Of a stretch of DNA of 64,000 bases, positions 23,005 to 35,700 are shown one piece after another. The DNA comes from Tubulanus polymorphus. Taxonomy: Eukaryota > Animalia > Nemertea. Both the position numbers and the translations under genes were made by a program. Numbering within the stretch: position 1 is the first letter of the stretch; each line of letters opens with the position of its first letter. The DNA lies in contig NC_134032.1 in the NCBI RefSeq assembly GCF_964204645.1, forward strand, positions 7,366,275 through 7,430,274, read 5' to 3'. A model generated the notes under the pieces. That model made no database searches, was not told where the DNA came from, and saw only the letters and a list, made by a program, of their open reading frames with translations.

Positions 23005-26000
23005 CTAAAAAAATCGATAGGAAACAAAAGTATTAAAATCAAATTCGGATGCGATTTTGATTTCAGGAGAGGCTAAGTTTAGACTTGTTTTTCGATGATT
23101 TCAAAATCCAGTTACATAGCTCCGGAGCAGGGTCTGCAGTTTGACGAAAAAAGTAATACGATTTTCACGAAAAAAGCTTACTCAGATCGTTTGTTTTTTT
23201 CAGCCCAAAGACGTTTTCATGAAAATGCACCTTCCGACCATTAAGATCAGTAGTTGGTTCCAGTGTGTGGGATTTTTGGGGGTTTGCACCCGCACCATCC
23301 CCAATAAGGCTGCTGTCAATGCAGATATCACCAAGACTTCGGGAAATGTACCATAGTTGGGTGCACTCATGAAGGGTCGCAGAGCCCTAACCAGTCCCAT
23401 TCCAAAGATAGGGTGAAGTCAAAACATTGGCAGCCATTCTTGGAAATTTTAGGTTTTCTGGATGTATTTTTTCGGACAATTATAAGGGGTTCCAACAGAA
23501 AAAGAAGAGTATTTCCCAGATAAAGCAGCCACGTTTCTTGGCGGCGTTGAAAAGGTCTAAAGAAATGCATCAGAATAGATTCGATTTCCAACCTAGAAGG
23601 TGAGTGTCTAATTTGCAGCAAGTTTCAATAATTTCTGTCTTGACAATAAGTGCACAAATTCAATGCGAAAGCAGGGGTACTGACCCCCACCCCAAAGCCC
23701 AGAGGAAATATTCTGGAGCCATCAAATATTCTATATCCATCAAATATTCTGGGGCCGGATTTTATCATCTAAGCCATAGCAAGAGGCAACCTCCTAGATC
23801 AACACATGCATTGTAAAGCGTCTCAATGACAGTTGAGTTTAGGATTAAGACTGATTACATACCGTTGTTTCAAATCTCTGAATGATTTATATGGTATTTC
23901 CTCTGACCCCGGTTTCCTGTAAACCATCATCACAATACCGCTCTCCATATATGGAGTAGACATTGTCAGCCTGTCTCTAACCAACTGAGAACTGTTAACA
24001 AATATGGCTGCCGCTACATCAGCTTCCTACAAAGAAACAACATACGGATAATTGAAATCTCCCGAAGACACTTTTTAGGAACATATATGGCTGAATATAG
24101 CGATGTATAATCCATTCCACGGAGCCCTTATTAATTACTGCTGCCTGCGTGTGACGTTTTGAACCGTTATTTCGTCAGTAATCAATTGATCCACCTTTAT
24201 TTATGCATCAGTTTGTTCATCAATCTTTGTGTATTCACAAATAAGCTATGATTTCGCATAAACGTGTTTTGCTTTTAGTGATTGTCACCTGGAATAAGCT
24301 CACGTAATTATATCGTGCAGTCTCGCAGTCATCATCAGCCACCATTACCATTCGACCTGATAATGGCTGTTTAGATTCATTTCAATAAGTTCTATCATAC
24401 AAAATTTAAATTTTGGAACTTCTTCTTTTTACACGGATTTACGTGTTTTATTCGGCTACTCGCTCACGTAATGTTGAAAATGGCATTCCGCGTACCATAA
24501 TGTGGCACCAACTACTGTATCATTTTATGCAAACGTTTAGGCGAAAACGTCATAGCTACGTCCCCGAGCGTACGCGGGGCGTTTATGCGAGTATTCTTCT
24601 AGGTAGAAATTCGCTGATAGATGATAATAGATATAAGTTTATCCCAGTTCTAACTTATTTCTGAATGTAAAATCCTTACTGAACAAAACTAATGAATTAC
24701 GTATATTGACAGATCAACTAACTATTAACGAATTTACGGATCGAAACGTCGCACGAAGGGGATGTGTGACGTACTTCGATAACCGAAGTTCGTCTTGTGG
24801 GTCAGGGCGGATCTAAAAAATTGAAGGCAGGAGTCGGAGAAAATATGATTGAGGCATTTTTCAGATAAAGCAGGGTGTCACAGGCTACTATCAGGGTCCC
24901 ATTCAGGTGTAATTAGTCACTTTTGGTAAAACTCATCCGAAAATATGGTATCTTCGATTAGGATGAGTGTCATATTCACAGGTTATAACGATCTTCATCT
25001 TGACGAAAAGGGCAATCACAATGAGAGGGGGGGGGGTCCTACGAACACCCCTAATATAACTCCAACTCTGTGTTTCCAGGCTACAGCTAGTTCGAATTCG
25101 TGAGATTAGTACCCGGTATACGGTCTCTTATCGCGTACCTGTTGCTCCAGTTGACCTAACATACCGGTTAATCGGTTATCGGGTCCGACTTCGCCGTATG
25201 TCTCATCTGGCACTTCTTTCACCTCAAAATCAGCGTCTACAGCCGGGTGACTGGCGATCTCTCTAATCAGTTCGAACAGAAACCCCGTGTATTTATCATT
25301 ACCCCTTTGGGTGTGATCTCTGATCTTCATAAATGGCTCTTCCTACGTAGAAAATAACGATAAGTTTATTAAAAAGCGATACAACAGGATTTTAACAACC
25401 TCGACTTGATTCTCCAATATCAAATAGTAGTAGTTTTCGATAACTAGGGGTCCAGGGACACCATGTCCACTTGGGAAGTGGTTTCAAATGCTCAACAATC
25501 TAACAATTTCAATATTCAATGCCCCCTGGTGACCATATACAAAAACAAAAACCAATGACCTTGAAACTCCCCACAATCATAGAATATGTCAGCAGCTATG
25601 ATTTTGTAATCGATTGTGATAACAAAATATGCTTCGTTACCAAATTAATAAAGAAGTACTAAGTTATTCTTCTATTCAACGCCCGCTGCTGACCATATGG
25701 AAAACCCAATGACCTGGAAACTCACAACAATCATAGAACATGTCATGATCTACAACTTTGCAATCGATCATGGTAACCAAATATCTCTAGGTACCAATCT
25801 AATAAGGAAATACCAAGTTCTTCTACTATTCAACGCCCCCTGGTGACCATATGGAATAACTTATGTCCTTGAAACTCACCACAAACATAGACGATGTCAT
25901 GAGCTACAACTTTGCAATCGATCATAGTAACCAAATATCTCTAGGTACCAATCTAATAAGGAAATACCAAATTCTTCTACTATTCAACGCCCCCTGGTGA

Positions 26001-29000
26001 CCATATGGAATAACTTATGTCCTTGAAACTCACCACAAACATAGACGATGTCATGAGCTACAACTTTGCAATTGATTGTAGTTACAAAATATGTGTAGGT
26101 ACAAATATAATATAGAAATACTAAGTTATTATATTATTCAACGCCCTGGTGACCATATGCAAAACCCAATGACCTTGAAACTCACCACAATCATAGAACA
26201 TGTGATGAACTACAACTTTGCAATGAATCATGGTAACAAAATAGCCCTACGTACCAATCTAAAAAGGAAATGATAAGTTATTCTACTATTCAACGCCCCC
26301 TGGTGACCATATGCAAAACCCAATGACCTTGAAACTCACTACAATCATAGAACATGTCATGAACTACAACTTTGCAATTGATCATGGTAACAAAATATCC
26401 CTAGGTACCAATCTAATAAGGAAATACATAGTTCTTCTACTATTCAACGCCCCCTGGTGACCATATAGAATAACTTATGTCCTCAAAATTCACCACATCA
26501 TAGACGATGCCATGAGCTTCAACTTTGTAATTGATTGTGGTCACAAAATATGCGTAGGTAAAAATATAATATAGAAACACTAAGTTTTTGTATTATTCAA
26601 TGCCCCCTGGTGGCCATATACAAAAACCAATGACCTTGAAACTCACCAAAATCATAGAAAACGTAATGAGCTACAACTTTCCAATACATTGTGGTAACAC
26701 AATATGCTTAGGTATCAATATTATGTGGAAAAACTTTTTCCCATCTACGAATGAGTACTGATGACGCCAAGATGGCTGCCAATTGTGCCATAATTGGATG
26801 ATCAAAAATAAATGTCTCAGGTATAAAACATCCCTTTCCAAAGAAAACCATCACAAATTGCAATGAGAAATGGCAAACCAATAGGATGCTACAGGACTCA
26901 GAATTTGGGCCAAAATTGACATTTTTTCGGCACTAAAAAGGTCATAGGACGGCTATCTTGAGTCCGATCGACCCAATTTTTCTTATGTTGATGGGCCCTT
27001 GGGAGCTACAAATATACACAAACAATCAAGGTTATTGATAAAAGTGTCTTCAAAATTTCCCTCGGAAACTTCGAAAATGTGTAAAAAGTGCTAATATTGG
27101 CGAACAACAATGGCTGCCATCTTGAATCTGATAGGGCCAGTTTTTGGCCTGAAGATGTGTCTAGGGTAGATACATGTATAAACTAAATATCATGACATTA
27201 CCTTGAAGCGTCGTCAAAACTTCCCAAAATAACTGGATTCCGTCTACGGACGAACGGACGACGGACGAAAAGTGAACGCAATAGCCCGCTGGGACTAAAG
27301 TCCCAAGTGGGCTAAAAATGAGATGATTTGACATAAAAATTCTAGTCAGGGGAACTGGTAACGCCACTGTGGCAAGTGAAAATTCAACGATGATACGCCA
27401 TGTTAAGCCTCTCCTTATTAAATTACGTATATATTAAAAGTCGGACGTGCTTTTACGGTTGTGGTGGTTCACAGCTTGGCTTTGTTCTGTAAGGCTGTAC
27501 TTATGTGAACTGTGTGTCTTCCTTTGTACAGTTTGGAGTCTGTCGTCCGGGGTATTCCACTGTGTGTGGAAGTCTGATGTATTGTTGCCTGCTGTGCGCG
27601 GGCTGGAGGGCTGTGTGTGGACTAGAGGTTGTGTGCCTCGCAGGACTGTGTGTCATGTTTGCCTGCTGTGTGCGGGCTGTAGGGCTGTGTGCCCCTGAGT
27701 CTACTGTGTGTAGACTAGAGGCTGTGGTGTGCCTCGCAGGACTGGTGTCCTGTTTGCCTGCTGTGTGCGGGCTGGAGGGCTGTGTGCCCCGGAGTCTGCT
27801 GTGTGTGAGAAACGAATCGTTACGTTTAAAAAAGAAAAAAAAATGATAATAACATCAAGAGTATTAATGAATTATGAATTTTAGGTCAGAGAAAAACTCG
27901 AGAGGTCAAGGTTATTGGTTCTCCATTATCAAAGTGTATTTCGATATTCTACGTTAGTCCCACTATTGTGAGATTTATCGGTCAGAGAGTTCGTCTATTA
28001 TTTCGGTTTTCTGATCTGTTTCGGCGATTTTATTTAGGGCATTTTCGTTTCCATGGAGAGTTTAGTCGCACTCAACGCATGATTAAGTTAGCTCCCCGTT
28101 CGTGCGAGACGCGTGACATATATCCTACATTATAGCTTTATGCGATCCTTTTGACTACTCAGATTTTAGAATGTTTTTTGTTTGTTTATGGCTGGTCAGC
28201 TTCTTATTGCATTTGACACGGATCAGGCTCTGGCCAAAATTGGCCCGTGCCTAATTAGAGAGCGCGTTCACACGCAAACCATTCACTACTAAATTCGATA
28301 CTAGACAATGCTCTTACGAAGCGACCATTTCCGGTGCCAGTTGCTATTCAAACGTAATCATTGTCTGGTGCTAAAATTTGGCTCGGGCCTGGTTCGACGT
28401 TTTTGGTCGGGCCAAACAGGCTGGGGCCCATTTGGCACCCGTGTGAACAGATGGCACGGGCCAAATTTGGCCCGGGTCAAAAATGGTCGTGTGATCGCGG
28501 CTATTGTATTTCACCGTTTTCGAGGTGGAAATAAGTAATAGGGGTTCAGTTGTTCTAGATCAAAGGTCGAACGGTCGAGCTCATAAAAAATGAAAAATAT
28601 GAAAATAATAAAAATTTCTATTTGAATTAGTAGCGAAACTCATAAAAAATGAAAAATAATTCTCGCAAACTCGAATTTCATTTTTACTCGAGTAATTAAC
28701 GAGTTGTTTGAATTGATATTTTAAACATATTTCAATATTTATATTTGTATGAGTTAGATTTTTAAACATAAAAGTGTGGGTAAAGTGTGAGTGAAATAAT
28801 TCATATTTAAAACATTGAATATTTATATTTGAATAAGTTTTAGTAAAAATTTTGTTATCAAAATGAAGAAAGAAGAAGAACCCAACTTTAAAATCGAAAT
28901 GAATTAAACCAATTATTCATTTTCACAGTTTAACATTAAAAATTATATTTCAGCAACAAATTTAGTGTCCGCATGGTATTATAAAATTGAAAATATTACT

Positions 29001-30607
29001 GTAATTAATCAAATATTATCAAATGAAACATATTTAATTACTGAACTAGTAGATACTTTTGATAATGGCGTTAAAAATCCTAAAATGTTCAATACAGTTT
29101 TTAATTTTAAAGGAATAATCAAAATTGAAATAATATAATTGTCTTTTTTCAATTCTTAAGTTAATCAAATCATTATAATCTTTAGAAAGTATTAAATCAT
29201 CATTTCTTTCATTAAAAGGAGTTTTAAGAATATTAATTATGTTTTCATCTAAAGTTCCTTTAAGATTAAAAACTGTATTGAACATTTTAGGATTTTTAAC
29301 GCCATTATCAAAAGTATCTACTAGTTCAGTAATTAAATATGTTTCATTTGATAATATTTGATTAATTACAGTAATATTTTCAATTTTATAATACCTTGCG
29401 GACACTAAATTTGTTGCTGAAATATAATTTTCAATGTTAAACTGTGAAAATGATTTATTGGTTTCATTGATTTCGATTTTAAAGTTGGGTTCTTCTTCTT
29501 TCTTCATTTTGATAACAAAATTTTTATTAAAACTCATTCAAATATAAATATTCAATGTTTTAAATATGAATTATTTCACTCACACTTTACTCACACTTTT
29601 ATGTTTAAAACTCTAACTCATACAAATATAAATATTGAAATTTGTTTAAAATATCAATTCAACTCGTTAATTACTCGTTACTTTTTTAGCGAGTAAAAAA
29701 TGAAAAATAAATTCGAGTGTGCGAGAATTATTTTTCATTTTTTTATGAGTTTCGCTACTAATTCAAATAGAAATTGTTATTATTTTCATATTTTTCATTT
29801 TTCATTAGCTCGACCGTTCGACCTTTGATCTAGAACAACTAAACCCCTATTACTGAAATAGCCGATTTGCAAAGGATTTGAGCGTCCTAACCTGTTGATT
29901 GTCTATGTTGGAATAAAGTTAGATCGTCTATCAGTTTCAATTTGTTGTTTTTGTTGCGTCCTGTTTTCAATTCTCTAGCCGCGGGCCTCTTAGTGTCCGT
30001 TGTCATGGCTTCGTTGTCATGGTTTAGTATACTCCTTTTTAGTTGCTTTTGGGTCACGGTACGATCTTATTTGACGGGCGGTGTGGATTCTATTTTCCGG
30101 TGACGATTGTGATTACTGTTTGGTAACTTTTGAGGGGTAGCTTTTCCTTCCCTCTGGTCATGTTACCGTGGCCGATGATGCTTATAAACCATTGTACGTT
30201 TTTCTTCGAGCGTTCAGGGAAGTTCAGTCCCGTAGGGCTTTTACATGTGTTATCAATATTGCTTCTTTGCGCTTGCTGTTTAGATCTTATGTTCAATTCC
30301 CCTTTATGGTTTGGTTTTGGGTTTTGGGATGTTAGTTTTGGGGTTTTTGCAATGCCTTTTCGGAGTGTTTGGGGCCGTCGGTTGGGTGGCCCCGGTTTTT
30401 TTCCCATATCTATATATTTCTGCAGTATGTCCGCACAACAGGGAGTGAGAATATTATACACATCACTTTGAAATAGTCAAAGTAAGGTCTGCCATCTTTG
30501 TGATGATACAAAAAAACGATGCAACTCTCACGGAAAACTTACTACAATAGTCGTCACTTTGATAATCGGCTTCTTTTTGCCCATATCATCAAGAATAGCC
30601 GCAAATC
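22470..30607 (-). CDS. iGluR-related ligand-binding-domain-only protein, paralog A (S1-S2 fused, no pore, hydrophobic C-tail); 5' exon(s) not located
   Basis: Four GT-AG exons in frame: 30607-30543, 25342-25139, 24026-23863, 23004-22470; about 322 aa. iGluR motifs KVTTIVEEPF, KYTGFLFELI, PDETYG, GMLGQL, EADVAAA, STPYMESGI, KFFQNSK, VFME, QQPC, LVEKWWATKC. Confidence 0.9.
23863..24026 (-). CDS. Paralog A exon containing the S1-S2 junction
   Basis: ctttgtag acceptor, gtatgt donor, 164 nt; EADVAAAIFVNSSQLVRDRLTMSTPYMESGIVMMVYRKPGSEEIPYKSFRDLKQ(R). Not in the ORF track; translated by hand. Confidence 0.9.
25139..25342 (-). CDS. Paralog A S1 exon
   Basis: ctacgtag acceptor, gtacgc donor, 204 nt, phase 0/0; EEPFMKIRDH...TGMLGQLEQQ. 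Confidence 0.9.
25441..27318 (+). mobile_element. Non-autonomous Helentron/HINE-like element carrying a tandem array
   Basis: Starts TAACTAGGGG, has an internal tandem array, a (GGAC/GACG)n tract at about 27247-27268, then terminal hairpin TAGCCCGCTGGGACT-AA-AGTCCCAAGTGGGCTA followed by an A-run. Confidence 0.7.
25515..26725 (+). repeat. Tandem array, about 154-bp unit, about 8 copies
   Basis: TTCAACGCCCCCTGGTGACCATATG-like unit starts at about 25515, 25675, 25829, 25983, 26137, 26289, 26443 and 26596. Confidence 0.95.
27580..27808 (+). repeat. GT-rich degenerate minisatellite
   Basis: Repeated TTGCCTGCTGTGTGCGGGCTGGAGGGCTGTGTG and GACTAGAGG..GCCTCGCAGGACTG units. Confidence 0.85.
28262..28501. 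mobile_element. Small MITE
   Basis: CGCGTTCACACG ... CGTGTGATCGCG inverted termini with internal GGCCCG/CGGGCC repeats. Confidence 0.55.
28534..29854. mobile_element. Non-autonomous Polinton/Maverick-like element (mini-Polinton) with very long TIRs
   Basis: Termini AGTAATAGGGG...CCCCTATTACT; arms about 28534-29115 and 29255-29854 are near-identical inverted copies around a 139-bp spacer. Exact 6-bp TSD GAAATA at 28528-28533 and 29855-29860. AG...CT ends and 6-bp TSDs are Polinton hallmarks. Confidence 0.8.
29046..29537 (-). CDS. AT-rich N/K/I-rich ORF of unknown function inside the mini-Polinton
   Basis: 163 aa open frame in very AT-rich DNA. The mirror copy in the left arm lacks the first ATG and has an early TAA. 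The last about 23 codons read into the opposite arm and are probably not native. Confidence 0.45.
   Translation of the reverse strand: MSFNKNFVIKMKKEEEPNFKIEINETNKSFSQFNIENYISATNLVSARYYKIENITVINQILSNETYLITELVDTFDNGVKNPKMFNTVFNLKGTLDENIINILKTPFNERNDDLILSKDYNDLINLRIEKRQLYYFNFDYSFKIKNCIEHFRIFNAIIKSIY
30543..30607 (-). CDS. Paralog A 65-nt exon (start of LBD)
   Basis: cttttag acceptor, gtaagt donor; (x)FAAILDDMGKKKPIIKVTTIV. Same length and phases as paralog B exon 43505-43569. Confidence 0.85.
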
Positions 30608-32032
30608 CTAAAAGAAAAAATAGAGAATAATTACTTAAATACGGTACATAATTCTAATTTACTCAACGATTAGCCTGCGATTGCCATTTGTAATGTTTCT
30701 AAAGACCATGAATTCAACAATGCAAGGTTCATCCTCTTATACTATTTACATCGGCTTTTAAATGCTTGTACACGCGGGTTAACTCAATTCATGCAGGACT
30801 TAGTCATTGAACTGTTCCATTAGGCAAGACAAGTGCTTCAGTACGTACAGTCTAAGTCCTAAATCTTCAGTACGTACAGTCCTAAGCCTAAGTATTGGTA
30901 ATGTCATAATCCTGGAGCATAGAATGATTACTTCAAGGTATAATATAGTTGTGTAGATGATAGGTTTGGCTATTTGTTTCGTTTAAAATGAGATGGCATG
31001 ACCGGTCTGACGTTCATGGGTCTTCCCCCGACATACATATATATATATACATCCATATAGCTTATATATACGTACAATAGAAATCTCGTTAGAAAATGAA
31101 TTCGGTTATCTGGACTCTCTACCTGAGAGATACATACATGTACACGCACTGCAGGCATGTCACGGTGAACGGTGGAAAAGAAAATACGTTATCGATTTCA
31201 AAATACATTTATATATAAAGTTCATTTTCCACGTAAAACGCAATAGAATCAAACGTTGATCAACGAAATCTGGACACAAAAACGGCACCTGAATTGAACA
31301 ATTGAAATTAGTCTAATGCACGAAGAGAAATGAAAAATACGTCACATTCGTCTAGACGTATATAAAAATTACGTACAACATGTGGTATGACTATGTTATA
31401 TTTTCATATACGCGGTCTATCGTGTGTGTCATATGTCTATAGTATGTGTCATATATACATTGCGTCAATGAATGTTTAGTCGTCTCGTTGCGCAATGTCA
31501 GTACGTACATGCTCGCACGAGTATATGAATTCTACCATCCGAAAATCTTCTAATTCCAAAGAGAACTCAAGATAATTCCTTACAAAACGTTGATTAAATA
31601 GCGTACTGCTATGAAAGGCGAAAACTATACAATCCGGAATTCGCAATCGCTATACTTCGGTGCGTTCTACTTAGTGGAAATGATGACCCCATGAAAATTC
31701 CATTCTCGACCATTCGTAACCAAACGAAAATATCAATCTGACAAATGTCACCTCAGGAAATTCATTACAGTCTATGGAAATAAATCGAAAATACCAACCT
31801 GATAAAAATCTTCAAGAAAGCATAAGAAAATCATAAGAAAATCTGACGTTTCGACTCAATTCTATGAGCTATCTAATTAATTGAACATATGATAATAAAG
31901 AGTCACTTGGAGGTAACTAGGTGATGGCCAACTGCTAGGATGTATACAAGATTTTCTTTCTTCATTTTACTGTGTATTTTTACTTAATTGATATCAGACA
32001 GTCACTCGTGTATGGAACAACCAAACCTGTTT

Positions 32033-32773
32033 TGTTACCGACAGATGTGACTGGTCGGTTTGTAAGAGAAACATTGGCTATTCCTTCTTTTGAAGATCAA
32101 TAGAGCGAAAAATTCAATCTCATAAGATTCCCACAAAGCCATTCACAATAAAACTATATCAATAAAGACTCATCCAATACACCTAGTACTGTTAGTACTG
32201 AACCTGTTATTGCGGGTTATGGTGCAATGTTTACTGCTATAGCAACCAGACGGCTAATCGATATAGTGACGTGTTCTAGATCTATATAAACCAGTACGAA
32301 ACTGCGGTTCAGCGGACTCGACAGACAGCGACTGACAGCGAGCTACCCCACCCGGCTTTAGTCATGATGGAAATTCGTGATTGGAAATGGGTGTTGTCGC
32401 ATTCTTGCAAACCTTCGTCTTACGACCAATAACGCTTACTTCGTATCCTCTCACAGTGTTCGGACTGCGGGAAAATCAACAAAAGGTTCCCTAGTTTAGC
32501 CTTACCGTAGCGGCCCCGCTATCGCCCAGCCACGGGCGCTCAGGGGTTGGTAAGGTCATGACTGGGAGCCGCCTCGAAAAGACGGTCAAATAGTTCGCCT
32601 GGTTTATGAAATATTGCAGCTGTTTACTGTCTATTCGTGGCGGAACCAGTCTTATCTTCATTTACGCTGCACAGTACCGGGACCGATCTAACCATGGATT
32701 AAAGGTAAGTAGCCTAACGCTAGGGGAGATTTTTGGCAATTGATATTGAGTTATTAGACAATGTCGGATAACA
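32033..32773 (+). mobile_element. Probable solo LTR
   Basis: TG...CA ends with inverted termini TGTTACCGACA / TGTCGGATAACA, TATATAAA at about 32283, ATTAAA at about 32698, near-match 4-bp flanks gttt/attt. Confidence 0.5.
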
Positions 32774-35700
32774 ATTTAGCATGGATTTTGTGCCTTCCTT
32801 TTTATCAAAATTCTTCAATTACGGTACTGAAGTCATTTCTTTTTTAAGTTCAAATTTGTACTTGCAATTCAATTTACTGAGTGTAAATCATCATTTGTAA
32901 GTTAACACATTACTGAAGAACTGGAAGTCTTTATTTTTGAGTCGGAAATTGTATTGCAATTCAATTTAGGTATATGAATATAGCTACTGACTTTTGTAAG
33001 TCTAACTGTACAATACAGTTGAAAATTGATTCAGATATATTGTCTAATTTTGCCAGTTGTCAAATCTCCCTGTGGTGGTTGGTAACGGAGCACGGAATTG
33101 GATATCGTGTCTGGACAGGCTGTCTCGTTCGAGGCTGCGAAGTAAGCGTAATTCGGTCGTCAGCGAAAGTTTTAAGTGTCTGGCAACACCCCGGTTCAGT
33201 CGCCGTAATCAGACTCAAGCCATAACTAGTCTGTTAGTTAGCTAGTTGTTCAAAAGTTTGTTAGAGCTACGAGCAATTATCTAACTAGTTAGATAATTGC
33301 TCGTAGGTTAGAGAACTGCTGGGCAAATACCTTGGCCACAACACGACGTCACTATGGTATTTATTCAACAGTAAACAAAACCAACATTTGAGCAACTAAA
33401 CTCCCTTGTTTCACTTGATTGCGATCAAAATTGTAGACGGTTCGTGGGTGTTCATGCGAACCCCTTAAAATTTTCAAAGTGCTCCATTTCGTACGAAATT
33501 TACGTGAAGGGACTGATTCTAGAAAAATCGACTCGAGGTTCTGATAAAAGGCACACAAACTATGGGGATAAAAAGGGCGGCACTAAACACGTAATTTTCG
33601 CGTAAACACGTAATTTCAATGAAATTTTCTTTGCGCCCTATGAAATCATCGTAATCCACGAGCGAAATTGCCTCATTTGCTAAATCCCCTCATTTGCATT
33701 CACGCTGGTAGTCCAAACATGTCCTTTGACGAAGATGAGCTAAGGAGTAGATATTAGATTGGGTATAGAACCGAAATGATCTTAGACTGGTCTTAAGTTG
33801 TTAGATTGGCTACCGAACTAAGTTTGTCTTAGACTGGACGTGTATGTTTTTAGATTGACTATAGAATTATAGGATGGTCTTAAGACTACAGTCTAAAATC
33901 TAAGCCCTGACTGTGCTATTTGGTCTGCCAGACTCGTAAAACCATGGACTATAAAAAGAGATAAGCTTTTCCTACGTTAGGTATTCACAAGGCCTATTTC
34001 CTTAAACAAGAGCATCAGAAAAAGCAAATATTCCAAAAAAACTAACCAGCCATTTGACCACGAAAATATAACAACAGTTTATTAATGATAAACAGACGAT
34101 CACAATCAGACATTAGAAATAAACAGTTACAAATATTCAAATATTTGAATAATAACGGTTTCATTTTTTTGTAAGAATAGCTGTCTCACATGGATGAGGA
34201 GCGAATTGCTGTACATATTGTTGTAGAAGGTCCATCTAGGAAATTATCAAAAACGACTGTAGTACTATTTCTACTTCTACGGACTTTTTTGATTACTTGG
34301 AGTATGGAAAGAGGACAAATAAAGAATGAAAAAATAGATGAACCGGAAGAAAAGAAATAAAATTGTTTTCATTATTTGAGTATTTTCCACAAAAGATTTT
34401 AGAAGGACTGCGGAGTAAAAGGAGTCAAAATTGTATTGAATTGAATTCAAATGATGAAGGAAACGGAGGGAAATTAAGAAGACAAAAGAAAAAAGAATAA
34501 AGAAAAACATTCTTACTCTATTCACCATCATATGGGGGCGGGAATCATGACGAAAACTGCCGCCATGGGTGACTAAAAGATGCTTTCTTTTTAAATTGGC
34601 TATTTTCGTTAGATTCTGAGCAATGTTTGCGAGTGCTCCAAGTAATTAAAAGAAGGCATATTGGTGAAGCAAAAAGTAGGGACAGACAGTTGTTTTTTAG
34701 GTTACGCCTAACTAGTTTCATTTAAGATACTCAGCTGTTGCTACTGTATAGTAGCTTCATCGGGTAAATCAGTAAATGTCAACGGAAAAACGAACACTGT
34801 CAATAGGAAGAGTGCGCTAATTAGAAAATACATACTGAGTAAGTTATGCAACTCATACATTCAGTTATTTCTTCTGGTAACACTAATACATGACGTACAA
34901 TTCATATCTACACAAACTCATTAGATTGATTACGTGATGGGTCTTTTTATGAAAAACAAACGGGTAGGCTAAAATAAAGCTACATACATATATTATATCG
35001 TAAAATACAGATGGCGTTTTTTTCCTAGAAGAGAAAAGAACACGCTGTCATATCAGCTAGTATACACATGATTTAGCAATGTGGTCGTAGCACCTCTAAT
35101 GAAGTTTTGCATGTGTTTTTCATTAAAATCGGAATTAATAAAAAAAGTCGCCAGTAGAAAATTGTTTTGCTGCCGAATTTCAATTTGCGTTTTCTTTCCC
35201 TTGTCTAAGATATCTTGCGCCACCTGAGAGTTTTATGAGGATAAAATCGTAGTTAATTAATACTACACCAACTTGTATCTTTCACACATATATTCATTAT
35301 TAATGCAGATTAAGATTTCTTATAATCAAAATACACCGCAAAAATACGTTAAAACTTAAACTACACGTTTTTGGTGACCCAGAAATAGTGGATAACTTGT
35401 TACAGATTAATCCATTGGCCCTCATAGTTTTTACCAAGCAAACAGTCTTTACGAAGTACCTCATTGAAATAACTTACACTGCATCTTATTGTATTTACAG
35501 TCTCACTAGCTTTTAAGTCATCAGATAAATCGTCAGATAAATCAAGTCGTCTCTATTTTTGGAGTCCCAATTTGTGTTTCTAATTCTATTTACTAAATGA
35601 AAGTCGTTGTTTGGTTAAGACGTAAGATAAATCGTCAAATAAATCAAGTCGTCTCTATTTTTCTAGCCCCAATTTGTGATTCCAACTCAATTTGCTCAAT

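Noticed and set aside
25515-26725. Regular array considered as CRISPR
   Set aside because: Whole 154-bp units repeat with no unique spacers; eukaryotic context and no cas genes.
27447-27846. Cys-rich ORFs of 83 and 113 aa
   Set aside because: Products of a GT-rich minisatellite.
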